Of a DNA stretch of 64,000 nucleotides, positions 19,806 through 29,004 are shown piece by piece (positions within the stretch are counted from its first letter, which is position 1; every line of letters begins with the position of its first letter). Made by a program: the position numbers and the translations under genes. The notes below the pieces were generated by a model. It was not told the origin of the DNA. It did no database searches and saw nothing but the letters and a program-made list of their open reading frames with translations. The DNA lies in the NCBI GenBank assembly GCA_947487385.1, contig CANKWU010000001.1, forward strand, positions 203,421 to 267,420. The letters are read 5' to 3'. Source of the stretch: Spartobacteria bacterium (GTDB taxonomy: Bacteria > Verrucomicrobiota > Verrucomicrobiia > Chthoniobacterales > UBA6821).

Positions 19806-20329
19806 TGACAAACCTTCGGATTCTTCTCCTCTTGCCTCTGTTCTTAGCGCTAGGAGGATGCGGATACCATCTTGGGGAGATCAAGCCGACACCGATGAGG
19901 CGCGTTTCGACACTCGCGGTGAATACCTTCAAGAACTCAACGCTCATTCCCAGACTCGAGGCCCAGACGGCGGATGCTGTCGTGAAGCAGTTCCAGAAAG
20001 ATGGCACCTATCAGATCGAATCCGCAGACAGGGCCGACGCCATCGTTGAGGGTGTTATTCTGAGTGTGCTGAAGCAACCGATGCGCGTCTTCTCAAGCAA
20101 TGTGCTGCAGACCTCGGAGTTCGAACTCACGGTGACGGTCAGCTATCGCGTCATCGACCGCGTGTCGGGTGTCGAGTTGGTGAAAGGGAAGGCCATTGGT
20201 GTGACTCCCTTCTTCACCGAATCTGATCTCGTCAACTCCGACTTGGTTACTACTCAGAACATGAATTATCCGATTGCTGCCCAGCGCATGGCTGTCAGTC
20301 TGGTAAGCCAAGTTTCCGAGGGATGGTAA
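19802..20329 (+). CDS. lptE: LPS assembly lipoprotein LptE family
   Basis: Lipobox LGGC-GYHLG; TLAVNTFKNST..PRLE...DAVVKQF, ADAIVEGVI. Confidence 0.8.
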   Translation: MMTNLRILLLLPLFLALGGCGYHLGEIKPTPMRRVSTLAVNTFKNSTLIPRLEAQTADAVVKQFQKDGTYQIESADRADAIVEGVILSVLKQPMRVFSSNVLQTSEFELTVTVSYRVIDRVSGVELVKGKAIGVTPFFTESDLVNSDLVTTQNMNYPIAAQRMAVSLVSQVSEGW

Positions 20330-20339
20330 CGTAAAAAAA

Positions 20340-20375
20340 GCTGAAAAGCTGAAACTTGAAACCTGAAAACTCAGA
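20340..20375 (+). repeat. 7-nt-period tandem array (consensus NCTGAAA)
   Basis: gctgaaa-a-gctgaaa-cttgaaa-cctgaaa-actcaga at the lptE/rsmI junction, overlapping the predicted rsmI TTG start. Confidence 0.75.
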
Positions 20376-21144
20376 GTCCGGGGATGAATCGGGGTTGCCA
20401 CCCCTGACGCTTGTTGCCACGCCGATCGGCAATCTCGGCGACCTCACGTTGAGGGCAATCGAATCATTGCGCTGCTGTGATGGAGTGATTGCTGAGGATA
20501 CCCGTCGCAGTTCCCAACTTCTGGCTCATCTGGAGATTCGAAAGCCCCTGATTAGTTTCCATGAACATAATGAGGAGAGACGTCTTCCTGAATTGATCTC
20601 CCGCCTCAGGGGGGGTGAGAAGTTCTGCCTGGTCACCGATGCAGGCACCCCTTCGGTGAGTGATCCGGGATTTCGCCTTGTCAGGGAATGCATTAAGGAA
20701 CAGGTGGAATACACCGTTCTTCCTGGTCCCAGTGCTGTCACGACGGCTCTGGTAGCCAGTGGTCTCCCCCCTGTGCCTTTTCATTTCGGCGGCTTTCTTC
20801 CCTCGTCTGGATCAGGAAGACGATCGGAACTCCGCAGGGCCCTAGGCCTAGGTATGACGGGAATCTATTTTGAATCCCCTCATCGCTTGGGGGCCTGTCT
20901 TGCCGATCTCTCGCTCTTGTCTCCAGAAAGTCGTCTCTGTGTTGCTCGGGAACTCTCCAAGATCCATGAGGAATACCGTCATGGACGACCTGCTGAACTT
21001 GCCGCCTACTATGCTGAAAACCCGCCTCGGGGCGAGATCACTCTGGTCATCCATCCTTCCGAAGAAAGCGCAGATGTGCCTAGGGTAGAGAAGCGTAAAA
21101 AGAGCTATTCCGAAAAGACGCCCATTCCTCGGAACTTTTCGTAG
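20356..21144 (+). CDS. rsmI: 16S rRNA (cytidine1402-2'-O)-methyltransferase
   Basis: LVATPIGNLGDLTLRA, IAEDTR, VTDAGTPSVSDPG, FESPHR, VARELSKIHEE. Start position uncertain. Confidence 0.93.
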   Translation: MKPENSESGDESGLPPLTLVATPIGNLGDLTLRAIESLRCCDGVIAEDTRRSSQLLAHLEIRKPLISFHEHNEERRLPELISRLRGGEKFCLVTDAGTPSVSDPGFRLVRECIKEQVEYTVLPGPSAVTTALVASGLPPVPFHFGGFLPSSGSGRRSELRRALGLGMTGIYFESPHRLGACLADLSLLSPESRLCVARELSKIHEEYRHGRPAELAAYYAENPPRGEITLVIHPSEESADVPRVEKRKKSYSEKTPIPRNFS

Positions 21145-22049
21145 CGTTCTTCCAGAAGCTTTTTCATCGGGATCTCTTTTAAAGCCGTAATGGCTGCTGC
21201 AATCGTCTCGGTAACTGTCGCATAGATGAGCGAAGGGTCACGATGTGCTCCTCCCAAAGGTTCGGGCAGAACACCATCGACCAAACCGAACTCCTGAAGA
21301 TCATCGGCGGTAAGTTTCAGAGCCGCCGCTGCCTCAGGAGCGTGCTTTCGATGCTTCCATAGGATGGCGGCGCATCCTTCCGGTGAGATGACAGAGTAGT
21401 AGGAGTTCTCCAGCATGAGGACCCTGTCCGCCACACCGATGCCAAGAGCCCCGCCGCTGCCGCCCTCGCCGATCACAAGGGAGATGATCTGTGTCTTCAG
21501 GGACATCATTTCTCTGAGATTGACGGCGATTGCCTCGGCAATGTGCCGCTCCTCAGCACCGATTCCAGGATAAGCACCAGGCGTATCAATGAAACAAACG
21601 ACAGGCAGTGAGAATTTTTCCGCCATTCTCATGAGGCGAAGGGCCTTGCGGTATCCCTCCGGGTGAGGACTTCCAAAATTTCGAAGGACATTCTCCTTCA
21701 CGTCGCGTCCCTTCTGCTGACCGATGATCACACAACGGTGGCCTCCGATGCGTCCGATACCTGCCGGCATAGCCTTGTCATCACCGAAGAATCGGTCACC
21801 GTGGAGTTCCACAAAGTCGCTCACGCAGGCGGAGACATAATCCAGGAAATAAGGACGAGTCGGGTGTCGTGCGATTTGCACACGTTGCCAGGGAGTAAGG
21901 TTACCGTAGAGGGCCTTACGCTGTTTCTCCAGGTCCTCACGAGCAGCCACAAGCAGGGGGTCCTCGGAGCGGCGCGTCTCTGCGAGATCCGCAACACGGC
22001 GTTCTAGATCGGCAATGGGGAGCTCAAAGTCAAGAGGTTGGACATTCAT
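21105..22049 (-). CDS. accA: Acetyl-CoA carboxylase carboxyltransferase alpha subunit
   Basis: LTPWQRVQIARHPTRP, RNFGSPHPEGYRKALR, IDTPGAYPG, GEGGSGGALG. Confidence 0.97.
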   Translation of the reverse strand: MNVQPLDFELPIADLERRVADLAETRRSEDPLLVAAREDLEKQRKALYGNLTPWQRVQIARHPTRPYFLDYVSACVSDFVELHGDRFFGDDKAMPAGIGRIGGHRCVIIGQQKGRDVKENVLRNFGSPHPEGYRKALRLMRMAEKFSLPVVCFIDTPGAYPGIGAEERHIAEAIAVNLREMMSLKTQIISLVIGEGGSGGALGIGVADRVLMLENSYYSVISPEGCAAILWKHRKHAPEAAAALKLTADDLQEFGLVDGVLPEPLGGAHRDPSLIYATVTETIAAAITALKEIPMKKLLEERYEKFRGMGVFSE

Positions 22050-22082
22050 GGAATCAAGGAGTTGGCTTCAGTGAAAAAAGGG

Positions 22083-23003
22083 TCAGTGGATAATGACCGG
22101 AGTATTTCGAGAGACGAGAGGAAAGATTTCCAGGAGATCCTCCTTGGAAAGTATATATCCCGGTGGGAGGGGGAGAGGGGAGGTTGTCGGCGAGGGGGAG
22201 CTATTCGGGCTCTGAGATGTCTGGGCAGGCGGTGGCGTTACCTGCGTCGGCGCCGGAACTGGCACTGAAATCTCAACCCCGACGATGGAGAAATTTCCGG
22301 CAAGAAGGATGATCCGTTCGCTTTGGGCATAAGCCTTGTCTCCGAAAGCAACCCTTTTGTTTCCTGCGTTGGCAAGTTTGTCGAGGATCTTGGTGGTCAA
22401 TGCGGGGACGGCCTTCATGGGGGCTGAAGGCGAGGAGAGGAGAGGGTATTCCTTCACCACGATTCCATTATCGAGAAGTGTCAGGCTCTTGGCCTTGCGG
22501 TCGAGTTCCAACGATGTGTTCAGCGAAGGGATGACAAGTTGCTGGCCGATCTGGAGGTTGATACTGGACAGGTTATTGGCTTTTTGGATCAATTCGGCAT
22601 TCGATTTTTGTTTGGAGGCGATCTTGGCAAGCGAATCCCCTTTGACAACGGTGTAGGTGATCACCTCGGGATTTCCAGATGACTGGAAAAGTAGGATCAA
22701 GTTTGCCCTACCTAGCTCCATCCGTGCTTCCTTCATAAGTGGGGACTGGGGATGGGAGTCGATCCAAGTCTTCAATCCGTCACGCGCACCGACGTTATCA
22801 CCGCTTGCCCGGAGTGATTTCAGGCGCTGGAGTTCATGGGCTCCAGGATCAGGAGTGGGGGTAGGGGTTGCCGCGATGGCTGCGGCCTTCTCTTTCTTCT
22901 CCAAGCGACTCGGCTTGATAAAGAGTTGGTAGCCGAAATAGCCGGCTGAGCCGAAAATCAGTAAGCCGAGAAGAAGAAGGGTAATGGTTTTGAATGTTCG
23001 CAT
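22083..23003 (-). CDS. Membrane-anchored LysM protein with a degenerate YkuD (L,D-transpeptidase-like) domain
   Basis: N-terminal TM; LysM YTVVKGDSLAKIA...LQIGQQLVIP; YkuD-like LELDRKAKSLTLL and C-terminal GYILSKEDLLEIFPLVSRNTPVIIH; no Cys anywhere in the protein. Confidence 0.72.
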   Translation of the reverse strand: MRTFKTITLLLLGLLIFGSAGYFGYQLFIKPSRLEKKEKAAAIAATPTPTPDPGAHELQRLKSLRASGDNVGARDGLKTWIDSHPQSPLMKEARMELGRANLILLFQSSGNPEVITYTVVKGDSLAKIASKQKSNAELIQKANNLSSINLQIGQQLVIPSLNTSLELDRKAKSLTLLDNGIVVKEYPLLSSPSAPMKAVPALTTKILDKLANAGNKRVAFGDKAYAQSERIILLAGNFSIVGVEISVPVPAPTQVTPPPAQTSQSPNSSPSPTTSPLPLPPGYILSKEDLLEIFPLVSRNTPVIIH

Positions 23004-23030
23004 GTGATAATGGCTTGTTTCTGAAGTTCC

Positions 23031-23552
23031 TCAGAGAAGACCGCGCCGTTTCCATTCCGCAAGGTTATTGCCGGCGGAACGTTGGATGAGGTCCATGGTA
23101 AATTTCATCAGGCAGACCTCCCATCCCTCGTCAACTCCCTCGATCAGGGTATCCATGGGATCGTCATCGCGCCTCAGTTGCTGCATCAGTCGTTCAAGCA
23201 GGTTATCCTTGGATTCCCTGAGGATACTCTCCGAAAAGTCGGTCTTTCGGAGGGAGAATCCGTAACGGAGAAAATGGAGATCTTTTTGCTCTTCCATCCA
23301 CCCTGCGAAGTCGCGTGCCTTCTCCCCGAAACCCTCGAGAAGCAACTTGCTGACGTAGTGGGGCGCGAGAATCCTGGGTCGTTCAGCATGGATCATTCCC
23401 TGACGGAGACGAACCGTTCCGACTTCGTCCATCGGTTCGGTGACGAGTCGAAACCGAAAACTGGTCTGTCCATAGGTTTCGATCGCCGTACTGGGAGCCA
23501 CCAACACACGGGTGTTTTCCATCGCATAATTAAAATCATCTGTCTTGATCAT
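23031..23552 (-). CDS. Conserved hypothetical protein (PVC-type)
   Basis: Globular-looking 173-aa ORF from ATG 23552, co-oriented with its neighbours; no family recognised with certainty. Confidence 0.65.
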   Translation of the reverse strand: MIKTDDFNYAMENTRVLVAPSTAIETYGQTSFRFRLVTEPMDEVGTVRLRQGMIHAERPRILAPHYVSKLLLEGFGEKARDFAGWMEEQKDLHFLRYGFSLRKTDFSESILRESKDNLLERLMQQLRRDDDPMDTLIEGVDEGWEVCLMKFTMDLIQRSAGNNLAEWKRRGLL

Positions 23553-23681
23553 CAATCTGTCGATTATTGTAGGGCTTGATGGATAAAAGGTCAAAAGAAC
23601 GATGCCCCGAAAGCGGGGATTTACTCTGTTTCAATCAGCGCATCATTTGACACCTTCCGCTTTTCGGGTTTCCATAAGGGG

Positions 23682-24323
23682 ATGAAACGTCATCTTCTTA
23701 CTTTAATACTTCCGTTCGTTTTCCTAGGAGGTTGCGCCCAAATGAATCTGCGGACTGTCTATGATCAACCCGCCTACAAGCCCAAGGATCCCTCCAAGGT
23801 CGTGGTCAAGGTCTCCCTCTCCAAGCAGATGGTCTACGTCATGGAAGGAAACCGTCCTCTCCTTGTAACGGCTTGCTGCGTTGGCATGCCATCCAAACCC
23901 ACCCCTAAAGGAAACCTCTGCGTCACCCGGAAGGAGCGAAATAAGCGTTCAGGAAGTTATGGATTTGCCGTGATGAGGGATGCCATCATTCCTTGTGAAG
24001 CATGCAGTGCCAAGGGCCGGTATGTCGGTTATCCAATGCCCTATTGGGTTGAATTCGCCCCGGGCTATGGTTTTCACCAAGGATGGGTTTGGCCTACGCC
24101 CAAGACGCACGGTTGCATCCGCCTCCATGCCAATGATGCTGGAGATTTCTGGGAGCTGACCCGAGTTGGTACACCTGTGCGGATCGCCAACAGTCAGCCT
24201 GAGGATGCAACTTTGGGCGCCAAGACTACTCGCCCGCAGGATTATAACGACCCAGACCTCCCGAATGCAGAGATGACTTCGCCAAGTTATTTCCAAAAAA
24301 TCAAGGCTGCGGTCTTGCAATAG
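23682..24323 (+). CDS. L,D-transpeptidase (YkuD family) lipoprotein
   Basis: Lipobox LGGC; VSLSKQMVYV, MPYWVEF..GYGFHQG..WPTPKTHGCIRL (catalytic His/Cys present). Confidence 0.9.
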   Translation: MKRHLLTLILPFVFLGGCAQMNLRTVYDQPAYKPKDPSKVVVKVSLSKQMVYVMEGNRPLLVTACCVGMPSKPTPKGNLCVTRKERNKRSGSYGFAVMRDAIIPCEACSAKGRYVGYPMPYWVEFAPGYGFHQGWVWPTPKTHGCIRLHANDAGDFWELTRVGTPVRIANSQPEDATLGAKTTRPQDYNDPDLPNAEMTSPSYFQKIKAAVLQ

Positions 24324-24332
24324 GTATAACGT

Positions 24333-25544
24333 TTGAGCATTCCTCCTGCAACCTCTGCGAAAGTGAATCTCCGGACACCGGAGGTGATGGCGAAGGTTCA
24401 GGAGCAAGTGGAGCATCATTATTACAGCAGTCTTGTTGAGAGGGTTCGCGCGGATGGTTCCGTCCTGATCGCCGGGAAAACGATCCTCCGGTTGGCGAAG
24501 CAGTTCGGATTCTGTTATGGAGTTGAGAGGGCCATTGATCTGGCCTACGCCGCCCGGAAGGTCTTTCCCGATGCCCGCCTCTTCCTGATTGGCGAGATTA
24601 TTCACAATCCCGAAGTGAATGCCCAGATCGCTGCGCTGGGCATCAGAAATCTTCTCGATGAGTCGGGACGCCCTCATGTCGAGGATCTTGGACCGGATGA
24701 TGTCGTTATTGTGCCTGCTTTCGGAACGACCGTTTCTCTTGTTGAGGAAATCAAGCGCCATGGATGTCGGATCGTCGATACCACCTGCGGAGATGTCATG
24801 AGTGTCTGGAAGAGGGTCAGGCAGAACGCCACCGAGGAGGTCACCTCCATTATTCATGGCAAGGCCTCGCACGAGGAGACGCGCGCGACAGCCTCGCGTG
24901 CCCTCGGCAACGGCAATGGACATTATCTGATCGTCCTGAATCTTGAAGAGACCGTCCGTGTCTGCGACTCTATTTTAGGTAAAGTCAGCAAGGAGAAGTT
25001 TCTGCATGAATTCGAGGGAAGGTTCTCTAAGGGATTCGACCCAGACCTGCATCTCCAACGCATCGGTGTCGCCAACCAAACTACCATGCTTCGCGAAGAG
25101 ACTGAAGCGGTGCAGAGAAAGCTCAAGGAGGCCATCACTCTGCGTGATGGTAGTGATGCGAACTTCCGACTCTTCGATACGATCTGCGGTGCCACTCAGG
25201 AGCGACAGGATGCCCTGAAGGAACTATTGCTCCAGCCTCTCGATCTGCTGCTCGTCGTTGGTGGGTATAACAGCTCCAATACAACCCATCTCGCCGAGAT
25301 GGGTGAGCAGCTCGTGTCAACCTATTTCATCCGGAATCAAGAGTGTCTTGAGAAGACAAACTTAATCCGTCACTTCGATCTGCATCAGAAGAGAGAGATC
25401 TCTTCTGAAGTCTCCTGGCTTCCCGAAGTGGGTCTCCCTGCTCGGATAGCAATCACGGCGGGCGCTTCCTGTCCGAATAACCTGATCGAGGAGGTGATGC
25501 TCCGGGTGCTGAGCCTTCGCGGAGAAACGCTTCCTAGTGCCTGA
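24333..25544 (+). CDS. ispH: 4-hydroxy-3-methylbut-2-enyl diphosphate reductase
   Basis: FGFCYGVERA, IIHNPEVN, VDTTCGDV, HGKASHEET, NQTTM, DTICGATQERQ, VGGYNSSNTTHL, TAGASCP. Confidence 0.95.
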   Translation: MSIPPATSAKVNLRTPEVMAKVQEQVEHHYYSSLVERVRADGSVLIAGKTILRLAKQFGFCYGVERAIDLAYAARKVFPDARLFLIGEIIHNPEVNAQIAALGIRNLLDESGRPHVEDLGPDDVVIVPAFGTTVSLVEEIKRHGCRIVDTTCGDVMSVWKRVRQNATEEVTSIIHGKASHEETRATASRALGNGNGHYLIVLNLEETVRVCDSILGKVSKEKFLHEFEGRFSKGFDPDLHLQRIGVANQTTMLREETEAVQRKLKEAITLRDGSDANFRLFDTICGATQERQDALKELLLQPLDLLLVVGGYNSSNTTHLAEMGEQLVSTYFIRNQECLEKTNLIRHFDLHQKREISSEVSWLPEVGLPARIAITAGASCPNNLIEEVMLRVLSLRGETLPSA

Positions 25545-25556
25545 AATTAAGAAAGT

Positions 25557-25661
25557 CTCGCGCTAAGGTACAGTGGCGCAGAGACTGAAAAAATTGGTGA
25601 GATGATCGATATGAAAGATTTAGCTCAGTTTCTCTCTGACAGCTCTTCGCCTCTGCGCGAG
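25557..25661. repeat. Inverted-arm cassette with 8-nt period (CTCTGCGC family), MITE/REP-like
   Basis: Left arm CTCGCGCtaaggtacagtGGCGCAGAGA; right arm TCTCTGacagctcttcgCCTCTGCGCGAG. Single right arms recur at about 27179-27201 and 27785-27811. Confidence 0.6.
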
Positions 25662-25678
25662 TAATTTTTTCTGTTCCC

Positions 25679-27160
25679 GTGATCGTGACAGCCCAACAGA
25701 TGAAAGCAGCTGAGGAGCTGGCTTTTCAGAGCGGAGCGACTCCCGAGGGACTGATGGAGATCGCAGGTGAGGGGATTGCGAGATGTATAGGACAGTTCTT
25801 TCCTTATCCCGCTACCGCCGTGCTCTATTGCGGGAAGGGACATAACGGGGGGGATGGGCTTATTGTGGCCCATCTTTTGAAGAAGATCGGATGGAATATC
25901 ATTCTTCGGGTCGCTTCCTCAGCTTCAGAATTGGCTCCGCTGACCCGTCATCAGCTGGATCGCCTGAATCAGCTCGAGGGAGTACTTGTCGCGGATACTT
26001 TCCCGAAGATCAGTGGTCCGCTTTTACTGCTGGATGGATTGCTGGGCATTGGTTTTTCCGGAGCTCCGCACGGCTCAATCCAGGAACTGATCATTGAGAT
26101 GAACGCTCTGCGCAGAAATTCGGGAGGCTATACCGTCGCTATGGATCTTCCTTCCGGTCTGGATGCCACAACCGGAGAGATGCCCGGAGAGTGTGTGCAT
26201 GCCGATCTGACAGTCACACTCGGCGCCGTGAAAACAGGACTTGTCACTGATGCTGCCACGGCTGTTGTGGGTCGTCTCGCGGTGGTTGAGTTGCCCGGAG
26301 TTCTGATAGAGAGCGTTGATTCTGCCAGTATTTCTACAGCACTTTCGCTCAGGGGGCTTCTCCCAATTCGTGACTATGACTCATACAAGGGGACCTACGG
26401 ACATATCGGTATTCTGGCCGGATCGAGCGGTTTCTTGGGTGCCGCACGGCTTTGCTCCGCTGCTGCAGTCCATGCCGGTGGCGGACTGGTGACTCTTTAT
26501 GCTCTGCCGGACTTTCACGATCTGCTTGCTTCTACCTGCATCCCGGAGGTGATGGTCCAGCGGATAGCCTCCTACAGCGACATCCCAATCAATCAACTGG
26601 ATGTTCTGGCCCTTGGGCCCGGCCTCGGACCAGAGCATCACGAGGAGCTGCGTGGTCTTGTCCGTGACTGCCAGATTCCCTGCGTGGTCGATGCCGAAGC
26701 GCTCAATGCTGTTGCTAACGATCCTTCGCTGCTCTCTCAGTGCGTCGCTCCCCGCCTACTAACGCCCCACCCGGGTGAGATGGAGCGTCTTTTTCCCTGC
26801 GATGGGAGAACACGCAGGCATTGGGCAACGGATTTTACACAAAAATATCCGGTAACGCTCCTGCTCAAGGGGGCCAGAACGATTATTGCGGAGAGAGGAG
26901 CTCCAGTCATCTTCAACAGCACGGGCAACCCGGGCATGGGAAGCGGAGGGATGGGAGATGTCCTGACGGGTGTCTGTGCAGCCCTCATCGGCTCGGGGCA
27001 TTCCTGCCGGGAGGCCGCCGCACTCGGAGCTTGGCTATGCGGGCGTGCCGCTGAGATCTCCATCTTCCATGGAACGGAATCCCAGGAATCACTCTCGGCA
27101 AGCTCGGTGATCACTCATCTGGGCGCAGCCTTCATCTCACTCCGGAAGGGAGACTGCTAA
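25679..27160 (+). CDS. nnr: Bifunctional NAD(P)H-hydrate epimerase/dehydratase
   Basis: CGKGHNGGDG, DGLLGIG, AMDLPSG, KGTYGH..ILAGS, VVDAEAL, LTPHPGEM, GSGGMGDVLTG. Confidence 0.93.
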   Translation: MIVTAQQMKAAEELAFQSGATPEGLMEIAGEGIARCIGQFFPYPATAVLYCGKGHNGGDGLIVAHLLKKIGWNIILRVASSASELAPLTRHQLDRLNQLEGVLVADTFPKISGPLLLLDGLLGIGFSGAPHGSIQELIIEMNALRRNSGGYTVAMDLPSGLDATTGEMPGECVHADLTVTLGAVKTGLVTDAATAVVGRLAVVELPGVLIESVDSASISTALSLRGLLPIRDYDSYKGTYGHIGILAGSSGFLGAARLCSAAAVHAGGGLVTLYALPDFHDLLASTCIPEVMVQRIASYSDIPINQLDVLALGPGLGPEHHEELRGLVRDCQIPCVVDAEALNAVANDPSLLSQCVAPRLLTPHPGEMERLFPCDGRTRRHWATDFTQKYPVTLLLKGARTIIAERGAPVIFNSTGNPGMGSGGMGDVLTGVCAALIGSGHSCREAAALGAWLCGRAAEISIFHGTESQESLSASSVITHLGAAFISLRKGDC

Positions 27161-27208
27161 AAAAGGGTGGATGAGAATCTCCCGCTGCGCCTCAGCGTGA
27201 GAAAATCT

Positions 27209-27709
27209 TTAATCCTTTAGATTCCTTAGCTCTTTCAGTGCTTTCATCACAAGACCGGCGTGCTCGGCCGGTTTCACCTTGGGGAAGATGGCGCTGATCT
27301 TACCATTCGTGTCGATGACAAAGGTGGTGCGCTCGGTTCCCATGTACTTCTTTCCGTACATCGACTTCTCCACCCAGACACCATAGGCCTCAACGATTGA
27401 TTTATCCGTGTCGCTTAGCAGGGGAAAGGGGAGATCGAACTTGGTGATGAACTTCTCATGAGACTTCACAGCATCGATACTGATACCAAAAAGAGCTGCC
27501 CCAGTGGACTCGATGGCTTTCCATTCATCACGGATTCCGCATGCCTGAGTGGTGCAGCCAGGTGTGTCATCCTTAGGGTAGAAATAGAGGACTACGACCT
27601 TCCCCTTGAGATCGGAGAGTTTTAGAGGAGTTCCTGTTCCGTATTGATTGCCGACTGCGTTCGTGGTGAAGGAAGGGGCCTTGTCGCCGACTTGGAGTGA
27701 TAAGCTCAT
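27209..27709 (-). CDS. bcp: Thioredoxin-dependent peroxiredoxin Bcp
   Basis: VVLYFYPKDDTPGCTTQAC, EKSMYGKKYMGTERTTFVID. Confidence 0.95.
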   Translation of the reverse strand: MSLSLQVGDKAPSFTTNAVGNQYGTGTPLKLSDLKGKVVVLYFYPKDDTPGCTTQACGIRDEWKAIESTGAALFGISIDAVKSHEKFITKFDLPFPLLSDTDKSIVEAYGVWVEKSMYGKKYMGTERTTFVIDTNGKISAIFPKVKPAEHAGLVMKALKELRNLKD

Positions 27710-27743
27710 GAATTGGATGGTTGGTGGTGTTTTAGAGATAACT

Positions 27744-27811
27744 CACAGGAATTAAGGGGATGAAAGGGATTATCTATTATCATTTCTCTGCGCCTCTATG
27801 TCTCTGCACGA
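27744..27811. repeat. Composite junction cassette (purine arm CACAGG..AAGGGGATGAAAGGGAT plus CTCTGCGC-type pyrimidine arm)
   Basis: Lies between the kinase and bcp; a related arm CACAGGcttAAAGGGGATTAAAAGG with a TTAATCC counter-arm lies at about 38305-38375. Confidence 0.5.
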
Positions 27812-27819
27812 TAGAATCT

Positions 27820-29004
27820 TCAATTCTTTGATTCCTCCGAGATAGGGGGGAGGAAGCGGACGCGTCGATCGTCTCTGGGAAGACGGATTGTGAAGAGCAT
27901 TCCCTGACCCATTACGCTCTGAATCATGATTTCGCCACCATGAGCCCTGACGATGCGTTGGACAATATGCAACCCCAGGCCCGATCCATTCTCCTTGGTG
28001 GTGTAGTAGGGTTGGAAGATCGCGCTAACACTGCCGGGATCGATTCCCCCGCCGGTGTCACCGATGCTGACCCAGACATGGGAGTCGTCCCAGGCCGTGC
28101 CGATGCGAAGATGCCCTTTGCTTCCCATGGCCTGGAAGCTGTTCCGGATGACGTTGTAGAGGGCCTGTCGGAATTGATCAGGATCGAGCGAGACAGGGGG
28201 GAGATGTTTGCCGGGAAAGAGATCCACCTTGATGCCCCGATCCTCCACTTCATTGCGAAGGAACTCGACGGCTTCCAGAATCAGGGCATTGAAATCTGTT
28301 GTCTTGTACTCCAGGGGAGCCGGCCGAACGGCCTTGAGGAACTGGTTGATAATCTGGTCCAGACGCTTCACTTCCCCGCGGGCCAGTGAGAGTGAGTCAG
28401 CCAGCTGCTGCTGATCACTCTTCGAGAGAGAGGGCTTTTTTAGGCGACGTTCCAGAAGTTGGAGTTGGATATCGAGCGAGTTGAGGGGATTTCCTATCTC
28501 GTGAGCCACACCCGCTGCAAGCAGGGTCATAGCCGAGAGGCGCTCGCTCTCGATGGTCTCCTGAGTTTCAAGACGCTCCTTGGTGATATCGCGGAGAATG
28601 ATGGCGCGTCCCACCAACGCACGCCGGGATATCTCTTTCTCATCGCTCATCAGCGGACTCACGTAGAAGTTCAGAAAACGGTGTTCCGGATAGAAGACTT
28701 CCAGGTCACGACTCAGGACATCTCCGAGACGTACCACCGACTTAAGTTCCAAGCCAGGAATGGCCTCCGCCAAGCTTCTTCCAATATGTTCAGCTCCGTT
28801 CATCCCGAAGAACGTACAGGCTGCCTTGTTCATGTAGATGATGTGATCCTGAGGGTCGGTAACGATGACACCTTCAAGAATGGAGTTGAAGATGGTCTCC
28901 AGGAATCCTTTCTCCTTGGAGAGAATCTGGAGGTAATGGCCGATATCGGCCGGTTCAACAAACCTGATTCGCTCGACAAGCCTGTCGATGAATCCCGCGT
29001 TCAT
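27820..29004 (-). CDS. Cytoplasmic PAS-domain sensor histidine kinase
   Basis: PAS-like ILEGVIVTD...YMNKAA; H-box AGVAHEIGNPL; N-box QALYNVIRNS; DTGGGI, FQPYYTTK..GSGLGL. Confidence 0.93.
   Translation of the reverse strand: MNAGFIDRLVERIRFVEPADIGHYLQILSKEKGFLETIFNSILEGVIVTDPQDHIIYMNKAACTFFGMNGAEHIGRSLAEAIPGLELKSVVRLGDVLSRDLEVFYPEHRFLNFYVSPLMSDEKEISRRALVGRAIILRDITKERLETQETIESERLSAMTLLAAGVAHEIGNPLNSLDIQLQLLERRLKKPSLSKSDQQQLADSLSLARGEVKRLDQIINQFLKAVRPAPLEYKTTDFNALILEAVEFLRNEVEDRGIKVDLFPGKHLPPVSLDPDQFRQALYNVIRNSFQAMGSKGHLRIGTAWDDSHVWVSIGDTGGGIDPGSVSAIFQPYYTTKENGSGLGLHIVQRIVRAHGGEIMIQSVMGQGMLFTIRLPRDDRRVRFLPPISEESKN

Noticed and set aside
23605-23668. Riboswitch or ncRNA in the divergent spacer (CCCCG-AAAG-CGGGG hairpin and complementary CCGCTTTTCGGG)
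   Set aside because: Too short and no resemblance to a riboswitch family I can recognise; could be an operator or chance.
23949-24923. 324-aa minus-strand ORF
   Set aside because: Shadow of the L,D-transpeptidase and ispH genes; no recognisable motifs.
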